This document shows positions 1 through 8,058 of a stretch of DNA of 64,000 nt, in pieces. The notes under the pieces are model-generated. The model did not search any database and had not been told where the DNA came from. It was given only the letters and a program-made list of their open reading frames with translations. The position numbers were made by a program, and so were the translations under genes. The DNA lies in NCBI GenBank assembly GCA_944392105.1, contig CALXVM010000003.1:40735-104734 (forward strand), written 5' to 3'. Position 1 is the first letter of the stretch. The number at the start of each line of letters is the position of its first letter. This DNA comes from an uncultured Clostridia bacterium (GTDB lineage Bacteria; Bacillota; Clostridia; TANB77; CAG-508).

Positions 1-547
1 TAATATAATTTTTCTTTTCTAATGCTTTTACTGCATCTCTTGTTGTGTCTGTAAAAAGTAATAAATCTGCCAGATTTGTTTCTCCATTATCTAGCAAAAA
101 CTTTAATATTCTTACTTGTTTAGCAGATTTAAACTTATCTTCTTCTATATCACTTTCTACAACTTCTTCATCAATTATAGTTACAAAATTTTCGTTTTTT
201 TCTTTTATTCTATTTTCAATTATTTTAGTAGTTGTTCCTGGTGGAAGCATTAGTTTTATACACTCAGAAATATTACAAAAATATCTTCTTGCCATCCATT
301 TAGCAAGCTCTACTTTTTCCTCTGTAAGCCCATTTTCATTAACTATTTTTTCTATACTTTTTAACTTAAATTCAGAGCTTTCTTTTATTCCTATTATAAA
401 ACCTTCTTCTAGTTGCTTTCGATTTCCAAATTGCACAAAAACTCTACTACCAACCATTGCTTTATAAAACATAGTTTCTGGTATATTGTAGTCAAATACT
501 CTATTTAATTCTTTTGCATTACTATTTAATATTATTTCTGCTACCAT
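1..547 (-). CDS. priA: primosomal protein N' (PriA), N-terminal part; the gene continues past the left edge
   Basis: Own minus-strand translation from ATG at 547 (GAGGGG RBS upstream) gives MVAEIILNSNAKELNRVFDYNIPETMFYKAMVGSRVFVQFGNRKQLEEGFIIG..., open to position 1. It shows the FDYxIP...GxRVxVxFG pattern of the PriA N-terminus. It is not on the ORF track because no stop lies in the window; the + ORF 45..467 is its antisense shadow. Confidence 0.7.
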   Translation of the reverse strand, partial: MVAEIILNSNAKELNRVFDYNIPETMFYKAMVGSRVFVQFGNRKQLEEGFIIGIKESSEFKLKSIEKIVNENGLTEEKVELAKWMARRYFCNISECIKLMLPPGTTTKIIENRIKEKNENFVTIIDEEVVESDIEEDKFKSAKQVRILKFLLDNGETNLADLLLFTDTTRDAVKALEKKNYI

Positions 548-608
548 TTTGCCCCTCACATTTTTATTATAACAATATGAGGTTTTAATGTAAAGATACA
601 AAATTTTA

Positions 609-1268
609 TTATTCAATTGCATTTATTAATCTTGATTTTATCTTATAAATTTTATTCTGTTTTATTACCAAATATCCTAAATATACTAAAATTATTAAAA
701 TTGCAATATTATGTATGTATAAAAGTAAAATACTACTTATAAACATTAAACAAATCATAGTTATATTTGATATTTTATTTATGTAATAATATGACTTTTT
801 TATTCCGCTTCTTATACTTATTATTTCTTTTAAAATTCTTCCTCCATCTAATGGATAAATTGGAATTAAGTTAAATATTCCAATTAAAATATTTGCATAA
901 ATTGCTATTTCTCCAAAGAATATGCTATTTTTATATAACTCTATATTATTTAAAATTATTAATATTAAAGCAATTATAAAATTAGTTAAAGGTCCTGCTA
1001 ATGCTAAACTCATTTTTTTTAAACACAACTTTGTACCATTTTTTATTTTTGTATTATATAAATTAGGCTCTGTCTTAAAACTAATTTGCAACCCAAATGG
1101 TGTTATACTAAATGCTTCTGGTTTTAGTTTTAAAATTAGCCCCCAAAATAAATGTCCAAGCTCATGTATAACTGCGTATATCATTAATATAGCATAAAAT
1201 TCAATTTGTTTTGTAATTACAAATATTAACGCAAATAAAAATATCTTTAAATCTATTGTTATCCTCAA
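609..1268 (-). CDS. M50 site-2 metalloprotease, SpoIVFB-like
   Basis: TTG start with AGGAGG 8 nt upstream. Multi-pass membrane protein with the HELGH zinc motif and NLIPIYPLDGG (NxxPxxxLDG) motif. It lies directly downstream of an M23 peptidase gene, as in spoIVFA-spoIVFB. Confidence 0.8.
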   Translation of the reverse strand: MRITIDLKIFLFALIFVITKQIEFYAILMIYAVIHELGHLFWGLILKLKPEAFSITPFGLQISFKTEPNLYNTKIKNGTKLCLKKMSLALAGPLTNFIIALILIILNNIELYKNSIFFGEIAIYANILIGIFNLIPIYPLDGGRILKEIISIRSGIKKSYYYINKISNITMICLMFISSILLLYIHNIAILIILVYLGYLVIKQNKIYKIKSRLINAIE

Positions 1269-1429
1269 TTTACTTTCCTCCTCGTTACTTTACTTTTTTT
1301 TAATTTCTTTAGTTTTTTACGTTATTTTTATGTTGTTTTTACATTGTTTTTGCATTGTTCTAAACAATTTTCATTAATGTCTACTTTATATTAAAATTCT
1401 GTTTTATATGTTCTTTTACTATAAAACAA

Positions 1430-2401
1430 TTAAAATTTAAGTATATATTCTGGATTTATAATGTTATTATTTCTTCTTATTTCAAAGTGTAAGTGCGGGC
1501 CTGTTGCTTTTCCGGTGTCACCTACTAATGCTATTTTTTCTCCTTGTTTTACTTCTTGCCCCTCTTTTACTAGAAGTTCACTGCAATGAGCATATAAGGT
1601 TACCGCTTCTCCATTTCTTATTTTTATATGTTTTCCATATTCTCCTTCTTCTGAAACTTGCTCTACAGTTCCATCTGTTGAAGCAACTATTTCTGTCCCC
1701 ATATTGGCTCCAATATCTATTCCATAGTGATTAGCAGATATTATGTCAGTAGGTTCTCGCGCACCATACCTTGATGTAACAGTACCTTTAACAGGATTTA
1801 TAAAACTATAATTTGCTTTTAAAAACTCAGCATCAATTTCCATTTGTGATTTATTTTCATTACTTACATTTGTCTCTACTTGCGTATTTTCTTCTTTTCC
1901 TCCACCTACTCCCACATTTTCAGTATTTATATCTTCAGTATTCTGCGTATCTGTATTAGTGTTTTCTACATTGTTTGTATTATCTTGGCTGTTTTCCGTA
2001 TTTACACTATTTTCTTGTACTTCATTAGAATTAGTCTCATCGCTAGAATTTTGTAGTAAATTATTTAGAAAAGGAATATTATTCTTATTATCATTAAGCA
2101 TTGTTACTGCTTGATTATATAAATTTTGAAAATTGATATCATATTTTAAAAATTCTTTTGCTTTATTTATTACATCATCTGAAAAAAAGTACGAGGTGTT
2201 TTTTATTAAATAGAAAATTACATAAATAACCATACAAATTAAAATCTGTAAGGTCATTTTTTTGAATAAACTAATATTTATTTTCTCTTTCCTTTGATTT
2301 TCATTTGTATAGTTTATTCTTGAAAGAGAATTATTCCTTCTTCTGTTATAAACTTCCTCTGCTCTTTTTTGTCTTTCTTCTGGAGTTATTGTTCTTTCCA
2401 A
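1430..2401 (-). CDS. membrane-anchored M23/LytM peptidase, SpoIVFA-like position
   Basis: ORF track gives 1430..2446; the likely start is TTG at 2401 behind GGAAGAGGTG. It has one TM segment, an N/E/T-rich linker, and a C-terminal domain with HYGIDIG (HxxxD) and GPHLHFEIR (HxH). Confidence 0.8.
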   Translation of the reverse strand: MERTITPEERQKRAEEVYNRRRNNSLSRINYTNENQRKEKINISLFKKMTLQILICMVIYVIFYLIKNTSYFFSDDVINKAKEFLKYDINFQNLYNQAVTMLNDNKNNIPFLNNLLQNSSDETNSNEVQENSVNTENSQDNTNNVENTNTDTQNTEDINTENVGVGGGKEENTQVETNVSNENKSQMEIDAEFLKANYSFINPVKGTVTSRYGAREPTDIISANHYGIDIGANMGTEIVASTDGTVEQVSEEGEYGKHIKIRNGEAVTLYAHCSELLVKEGQEVKQGEKIALVGDTGKATGPHLHFEIRRNNNIINPEYILKF

Positions 2402-2471
2402 TATAAAAACACCTCTTCCTTTGTAGTTTTTTAAATCTATATTCAAGGAAGAAGTGTTTTATGAATTTTAT

Positions 2472-2816
2472 TTATATTAAATTCGTTAGTATACTAAGTA
2501 CAAGTGCTGCAATAAGCATAAAATTTATATTTCGCAGTCTTTTATATTTTTTATCTATTTTTTTATTTTTACTTTTTGTACTGTTATTTTCTTTTTCTAT
2601 TTTTAATATATAATCTGCTATAACCAATTTAGCTTCATTTGCCAAAAAATCTTTGTTTTTATCGTTTTGCCCGCCTTCTTTAAATTTTTCAGTATTTTCT
2701 ATATATTCAAGTTTTTTTATTTTTTGATTTTGCTTTAAAAATACAATTGCTTCATCTACTAAGTTTGATGGTAAATCTTTTAAAATAACAATGTTTTTCA
2801 TGTCACTCATATTCAT
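2472..2816 (-). CDS. hypothetical protein with C-terminal membrane anchor
   Basis: 114-aa ORF in an operon-like minus-strand run. It is K/E-rich with the hydrophobic tail NFMLIAALVLSILTNLI. No family recognised. Confidence 0.45.
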   Translation of the reverse strand: MNMSDMKNIVILKDLPSNLVDEAIVFLKQNQKIKKLEYIENTEKFKEGGQNDKNKDFLANEAKLVIADYILKIEKENNSTKSKNKKIDKKYKRLRNINFMLIAALVLSILTNLI

Positions 2817-2905
2817 ATATGTACCTCCGCTTTATCTTATACATATATTTTTTACATATTTACCTAATTTATACAAAGTTAAATATATTTTTATATTATT
2901 TTTTG

Positions 2906-3169
2906 CTACAATATATCTTTATCTATTGATATAACAATTTTTATATTAGGATTTTTATCATATTTTTTTATTATATTTTCCGAAAAACTTGCAACATCAT
3001 TTGATATAATTATTGTTTTATAGTCTTCATTAATTAACTTTTCTAACATTTTGTCTGAATCTTCTAGGTCTTGTAGTTTATATACATCTAGCCCTAAAGC
3101 CTCTGGCATTTTAAAACTATCTTTATCTTTCTCATATTTAAGCCAAGAAATTTTCATACTAAATTTCAT
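2906..3169 (-). CDS. small hypothetical protein (weak resemblance to V-ATPase subunit F-like fold)
   Basis: 87-aa ORF. The pattern LGLDVY...LEKLI...YKTIIISNDVA...IKIVISI loosely recalls ATP-synthase F/14-kDa subunit proteins. This is not a secure call. Confidence 0.35.
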   Translation of the reverse strand: MKFSMKISWLKYEKDKDSFKMPEALGLDVYKLQDLEDSDKMLEKLINEDYKTIIISNDVASFSENIIKKYDKNPNIKIVISIDKDIL

Positions 3170-3267
3170 TCCTTTCTCGCTTTATTCTAAAAGGCACACA
3201 AAGAAAAAAATGTTAAACAACTTTTATATTATTGTTTAACATTTTTTTATTTTTATACTATTTAATT

Positions 3268-3639
3268 TTATTTTTCTTCTTCAAACAAAGCTGTAATATC
3301 TGGGTCTTGCTTTAATTCTTCAGAGGCAATGTACTCTAATGCTCTTTTATCTTGCTTTACGGCAGCTAAAGCAATGTCTTTGTCTTGTCTTAATTCATGA
3401 CTCGCATATTTTAATATTAAACCTTTTCTTGTAACTGCTTCTAAAACTATTTCTTTATCATTTCTTATTTCTTTAGATCCATAGTATAATGCTTGTCCAT
3501 CAACTTTTACTGCTGCTAGCATTACGTCTCTATCAGCTTGTAATTTCTCATTTGCTTTTAAACTTTCTAGTATATATTCATTATCTGTTGAATTCTTAAT
3601 TTTCTCTTTTATTTCATCTAAAGTTTCCAATTTTATCAC
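3268..3639 (-). CDS. DUF4116 repeat protein
   Basis: Three repeats of the D(R/K)(D/E)(V/I)xLAAVKxDGxALxY type: DRDVMLAAVKVDGQALYY, DKEIVLEAVTRKGLILKY, DKDIALAAVKQDKRALEY. Confidence 0.7.
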   Translation of the reverse strand: MIKLETLDEIKEKIKNSTDNEYILESLKANEKLQADRDVMLAAVKVDGQALYYGSKEIRNDKEIVLEAVTRKGLILKYASHELRQDKDIALAAVKQDKRALEYIASEELKQDPDITALFEEEK

Positions 3640-3681
3640 CTAGTTTTAATTTTGTTATATGTTAATTGTATAAATTTTATT

Positions 3682-4821
3682 TTAGCTTTTATCTTCTCTA
3701 TGTGTTTCTATTTTTTCTTGTTTTAATTCTTTTTCAAATTCATGAACATTTTTTCTAATTCCAAATATATCTTTATAGCCTATGGCAAGTAATGCCAAAA
3801 CTAGAATTGCAAATGATAATGCTTTCCAAATCCCGCTGTCTAGAAGAACAACTGCAAGCATTCCAAATGTAGCTGTTATTCCATATAGCATAAATACTGC
3901 TTGTTTTTGTGTATAACCTTTCTGCATTAATCTGTGATGTAAATGACCTTTATCTGCTTTAAATACTGCTTTTAAAGACTTGCCATTTTTTATTCTTCTA
4001 AATATAGCAAATAGCGTATCTAAAATTGGTAATGCAAGAACTATTATTGGTGCTATTAAAACTAATGCTGTATATGTTTTTGCAACTCCTAAAATAGATA
4101 TAACTGCAAGTGAGAACCCTAAAAAGTTTGAACCTGTGTCTCCTATAAATGTTTTAGCAGGGTTAAAGTTATATGGTAAAAATCCTGAAATTGCTCCACC
4201 TAATGCTGTAATTAGCACTATAGCAATTACTGGAGAACCATTTAATGTAAATATTATTAGTAATGATATACAAGAAATTAAGCTTATTCCAGAAGACAAC
4301 CCATCTAGTCCATCTATTAAATTAATAGCATTTGTAACACCTACAATCCAACAAACTGTAATAATATACGATAAAACTATATTAAGTTCTGCTTGTCCAT
4401 TTAAAAATGGTATTTCAAAATTTTCTATCCTTATGCCACAAGCAACTACAACTAGTGCTGCAATTATTTGCACAATTAGTTTAGTTATGCTATGTATTCC
4501 TTTTGTATCATCTATAAAACAAGTAATTCCTAAAATTATAATTCCTATAAAAAATCCTAATAATTTAAGCCATAGCTGATCTTCTGCAAAAAGTGCTATT
4601 TTTCCTTCTATGCTCATGCTTATTAAAAGGTAAATTGTTGAAACAAAGAAACCTGCTATAACTGCAATTCCTCCAAGCCTTGGCATTGGCTTTTTGTTTA
4701 CTCTTCTATCATTTGGAACATCTATAGCTCCATATTTTTTGGCTATTCTCATACTAAATGGTGTAACAACAAACGCTGTAATTAAGCCTAATAAAAATGC
4801 AATTGCAATATCTCCCCACAT
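3682..4821 (-). CDS. polyprenyl-phosphate N-acetylhexosamine-1-phosphate transferase (MraY/WecA/TagO family)
   Basis: ORF track gives 3682..4863; the start is taken at MWGDIAIAF (ATG 4821) behind GAGGGAGGAA. It has about 10 TM segments and the NAINLIDGLDGL motif typical of the family. Confidence 0.85.
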   Translation of the reverse strand: MWGDIAIAFLLGLITAFVVTPFSMRIAKKYGAIDVPNDRRVNKKPMPRLGGIAVIAGFFVSTIYLLISMSIEGKIALFAEDQLWLKLLGFFIGIIILGITCFIDDTKGIHSITKLIVQIIAALVVVACGIRIENFEIPFLNGQAELNIVLSYIITVCWIVGVTNAINLIDGLDGLSSGISLISCISLLIIFTLNGSPVIAIVLITALGGAISGFLPYNFNPAKTFIGDTGSNFLGFSLAVISILGVAKTYTALVLIAPIIVLALPILDTLFAIFRRIKNGKSLKAVFKADKGHLHHRLMQKGYTQKQAVFMLYGITATFGMLAVVLLDSGIWKALSFAILVLALLAIGYKDIFGIRKNVHEFEKELKQEKIETHREDKS

Positions 4822-5230
4822 AGTATTTCCTCCCTCGCAAATGATTATAACATTATATTGCACAAGAGTAAACTTTTTTTACGAGATTTTCACAATTGAT
4901 ACATCTATTCTTTTTAACATTACTTTCGTAACTCATCATTAGCATTTTTTATTTTATAGTTGTCTTCTATCTTTTATAGTTGTCATTATGTTTTTTCTTG
5001 AAGCTTCAGATTTGTATTACTTTTATAGTTATATAAATATTTTTATGTACTCTTATTTTGTTATTCTAATTATATTTCTATATAATTTAAAGAATTTGTG
5101 TTTTTGTATAATTTTTCCATATTTTCATATATAAGTTAACCTTTTCTTATTAATTACATGTATTATCTTTTTAATCACATTGTGAGATATAAAGCCATAA
5201 TTTGAATTTATTATTTTATAATGTTTTTGG

Positions 5231-5455
5231 GTGGTTACATTGAGATTGAAAATGTTAAGAGAGGAGCACGATTTAAAACAGACCGATTTGGCTAAAGTTT
5301 TAAATTGTAAACAAAATACTTATTATCAATATGAAGCTGAAAAAAGGCAAATACCAATTTCTTCGTTAAAAAAGTTAGCAGCCTTTTACAATACTTCTAT
5401 TGATTATCTTGTCGAATTTACAGATGAAATAACACCATACACACGAAAAAAGTGA
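5231..5455 (+). CDS. XRE-family helix-turn-helix transcriptional regulator
   Basis: LKQTDLAKVLNCKQNTYYQYEAEKRQIPISSLKKLAAFYNTSIDYL is a classical Cro/C1 HTH. The exact start is uncertain: GTG 5231, TTG 5240 or ATG 5252. Confidence 0.8.
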   Translation: MVTLRLKMLREEHDLKQTDLAKVLNCKQNTYYQYEAEKRQIPISSLKKLAAFYNTSIDYLVEFTDEITPYTRKK

Positions 5456-5525
5456 AAAGAATAAATAATTACTAAATAAGTATTATTTATTCTTTTCATT
5501 TTTATTTGTTTATGATAAAATTTTT

Positions 5526-6698
5526 TTGATAGAACATGAAAGGATGAACTTTATAATGAATAACAAGAAAAATATTTTAATAACACAAATACATATGGCT
5601 GTTGGTGGTATAGAAACAGTTTTACTTAATTTATTAAATAGCTTAGATAAAGACAAATACAATATTGACCTAGTACTTTACTATCCACGTGGAGAATTTA
5701 TAGATAAAATTCCTTCTTGGATTAATGTTATTCCTGTATGGGATAACACAAAACATAAAACCTTTTGGAAAGACATAATAATGTCAAGAAATATTGTTAA
5801 AAGAGTTTTAAAAAATTTATTAGTAAATAATTTAACAGTTAAACATTTTGTATCTAAAAAACAATATGATGTTTCTATATCTTTTTGTGGGTACCATGTA
5901 TTTTCAAATGCTTTTGCTGCAAAATCTAATGCTAAAAAGAAATTAATATGGGTTCATGCAGATTTTGCAAAACAATTTAAATTAAGAGAAGAATTTAGAA
6001 AACAATTTAAAAAAATATATAAACAATATAAATATTTCGATAAAATTGTATGTGTTAGTGAATCTGCTTGTGATGAATTTAAGAAATTCAAGCCAGAACT
6101 TTCTAATAAATTAGACTATTGCTGGAATATAATTAAAGAAAGAGAATATCCAGACTCTAACGAAAATATAAAATTACAAGACGGATTTAATTGCATTACT
6201 ATTTCTAGATTAGTAAAAACAAAAGGTATAGAAAAACTAATAGACTTAGCTAAAATGATAAAAAGAGATAATTTAAAATGTCATCTATATGTTGCAGGAG
6301 ACGGTGCTCTTCGCCCATGGTTAGAAGAACAAATTAAAGAAAATTATCTTGAAAATTATATAACATTACTGGGAAATGTCATTAACTTAGTTCCAGTATT
6401 CAAAAAATGTAACTTATATATTTCACCATCAGATTTAGAAGGATTACCTACAGTCATTGTAGAAAGTCTGTTAGAAGGAATCCCTGTTATTGCAACACCT
6501 ATAACCGGTACCATGGATATATATAACCACATGGCACCTCAAGGTTCTATGATTCTCTCAAAAGATACTTCTGCAGAAAGTCTATACGAATGTTTAAAAA
6601 CAGCATTAACTGCCTCTCCTTTTAAACCTTTTAAATTAGATATTGATAAAATAAATTCAGAAACTTTAAAAAGGTTCGAAGCTTTTTTAGGAAATTAG
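5526..6698 (+). CDS. GT4-family (GT-B) glycosyltransferase
   Basis: C-terminal EGLPTVIVESLLEGIPVIAT (E-x7-E) motif and an N-terminal GGIETV loop. The true start is probably ATG 5544 or 5556. The last two codons and the stop (GGA AAT TAG) lie inside the repeat element at 6690. Confidence 0.8.
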   Translation: MIEHERMNFIMNNKKNILITQIHMAVGGIETVLLNLLNSLDKDKYNIDLVLYYPRGEFIDKIPSWINVIPVWDNTKHKTFWKDIIMSRNIVKRVLKNLLVNNLTVKHFVSKKQYDVSISFCGYHVFSNAFAAKSNAKKKLIWVHADFAKQFKLREEFRKQFKKIYKQYKYFDKIVCVSESACDEFKKFKPELSNKLDYCWNIIKEREYPDSNENIKLQDGFNCITISRLVKTKGIEKLIDLAKMIKRDNLKCHLYVAGDGALRPWLEEQIKENYLENYITLLGNVINLVPVFKKCNLYISPSDLEGLPTVIVESLLEGIPVIATPITGTMDIYNHMAPQGSMILSKDTSAESLYECLKTALTASPFKPFKLDIDKINSETLKRFEAFLGN

Positions 6699-6985
6699 GG
6701 ACAGGTCATTTCTTCCCGATTTGGGAAATTAGGGACAGGTCACCATTTCTAAATTTAAGAAAAAATAAATTATTTATATAAAAAAAGAGTAGTATTTTTC
6801 CGTTCAACTGCGGACGCACAGCTACTTAAAATTTGTGTGAACACAAATTTTAAGACCTTGTTTCACTAAAAATACTACTCTTTTTTATGAATTATATATA
6901 ATTAAACCTATTTTCTGTAAATTTATAAAGCGTGACCTGTCCCTAATTTCCCAAATCGGGAAGAAATGACCTGTCCCTAATTTCC
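6690..6985. mobile_element. MITE-like nested-palindrome element, full copy A (296 bp)
   Basis: Perfect 54-bp terminal inverted repeats: 6690..6743 GGAAATTAGGGACAGGTCATTTCTTCCCGATTTGGGAAATTAGGGACAGGTCAC and its exact reverse complement at 6932..6985. Each TIR holds two direct copies of GGAAATTAGGGACAGGTCA. The interior carries an 18-bp-stem hairpin (6781..6886) that encloses a second hairpin (6825..6854). No ORF. A near-identical copy lies at 59019..59322. Confidence 0.85.
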
Positions 6986-7441
6986 AATCTTCTCTTTCAA
7001 TTTTTTAATAAAATTCTCTGTATTGCTATGATATTCGTTTGGAATAAAGTTTCTTGCTTTTTCCACTATATCATCAATGTTATCTCCATCTTTAAATTCT
7101 AATATGTAGCCTTTTGCCACAAATGCGTTTATTAATTCTTCTTGGTGGTCGTCTACATGTTCATCATATTTTTGTAGTCTTGCACAACCTATTATCTTTT
7201 TACCTTTTTTTAATGGTTCTACTATAGAGCCAGTTCCTCCATGTGTAATAATTAAGTCTGCTTTATCTACTAATTCCGCCATTTCTTGGTATGACATAAA
7301 TTTCATTATTTTCATTTTATTACTTGTATATGGAGTATTGCCTGCTTGAACTATTATTTCGTCTTGTATATTTGATTTTTCTATTGCGTCAAGTAGCCTT
7401 GTAAATGGCTCTGCTTGTGTTCCTAAAGTTACTAAAATCAA
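6977..7441 (-). CDS. PssE/Cps14G-type glycosyltransferase subunit (Glyco_tran_28_C / Alg13-like)
   Basis: ILVTLGTQ...ITHGGTGSIVE motifs. The start is taken at TTG 7441 behind GGGGGTGGA, overlapping the upstream stop (TTGA). The stop and last two codons (GN*) lie in the right TIR of element A. Confidence 0.8.
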   Translation of the reverse strand: MILVTLGTQAEPFTRLLDAIEKSNIQDEIIVQAGNTPYTSNKMKIMKFMSYQEMAELVDKADLIITHGGTGSIVEPLKKGKKIIGCARLQKYDEHVDDHQEELINAFVAKGYILEFKDGDNIDDIVEKARNFIPNEYHSNTENFIKKLKEKIGN

Positions 7442-7926
7442 TAAATCCACCCCCAATACTCTGCTTTTGGATAAAATTGTAACATACTTTCCCACTGTAC
7501 AACAAATGTTGTTGCTATAGGATATACCATTTTTCCTGCCATTGTAGGACTATTTTGTTTAGCAAAGCTTTCTATAAATATTACTTTTCTTCTAAATAGT
7601 CGTGCTATGTAGCACATAGGAACTGCTGTATGTGTACCTGTTGTTACAACTACTTTGGGTCTATATTTACAAAATAGATAAAACGATTTAATTATATTAA
7701 ACAAAAACTTAAATATGTAAGGGAATAAATACTTTCTTGTTCCATAAATTAAATACTCTGTTTTATATTTTTCTTTCATATTTGTTGTAACACCTGTTTT
7801 TTCTGTTACTAAAACATAATTGTAGTCATTAAAGATTTTCTTTAGTTGTAGTAATTGAGTTAAATGTCCACCTACACTTGAGATAAACATTACTCTTTTT
7901 CTTGTATCTTTTTCCTTCTTTTTCAT
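7438..7926 (-). CDS. PssD/Cps14F-type glycosyltransferase subunit (Alg14-like)
   Basis: VMFISSVGGHLTQLLQL motif and a membrane segment. It is translationally coupled to the Alg13-like partner downstream. Confidence 0.8.
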   Translation of the reverse strand: MKKKEKDTRKRVMFISSVGGHLTQLLQLKKIFNDYNYVLVTEKTGVTTNMKEKYKTEYLIYGTRKYLFPYIFKFLFNIIKSFYLFCKYRPKVVVTTGTHTAVPMCYIARLFRRKVIFIESFAKQNSPTMAGKMVYPIATTFVVQWESMLQFYPKAEYWGWIY

Positions 7927-8058
7927 AGTTTAATTTTCTTCCCCCTACATTTTAATTTTAATATTTTTTATATTGAAATATATTAATATTCTAACTACCG
8001 CTTTTATATTTATGTATTAATTTTCCACAGTGGTTATTTTTTTATTTTGTGTTTTCCA

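Noticed and set aside
45-467. 140-aa + strand ORF at the left edge
   Set aside because: It is S/F/L-rich low-complexity with no RBS. It lies exactly antisense to a much better PriA N-terminal reading frame, so it is an antisense shadow ORF.
3980-4579. Long antisense ORFs inside confident genes (for example 3980..4579, 8402..8647, 15987..16382, 26622..27014, 27516..27902, 50630..51088, 57666..57977, 61167..61604, 62909..63130)
   Set aside because: All lie opposite well-supported genes. They have S/F/L/I-rich compositions typical of the antisense strand of AT-rich coding DNA, and they lack RBSs.
6690-6743. CRISPR array or integron attC interpretation of the GGAAATTAGGGACAGGTC repeats
   Set aside because: The units occur as inverted pairs at element ends, not as regularly spaced direct repeats with unique spacers. 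No cas or intI genes are present, and the copies are dispersed among core genes. A MITE-like element fits better.
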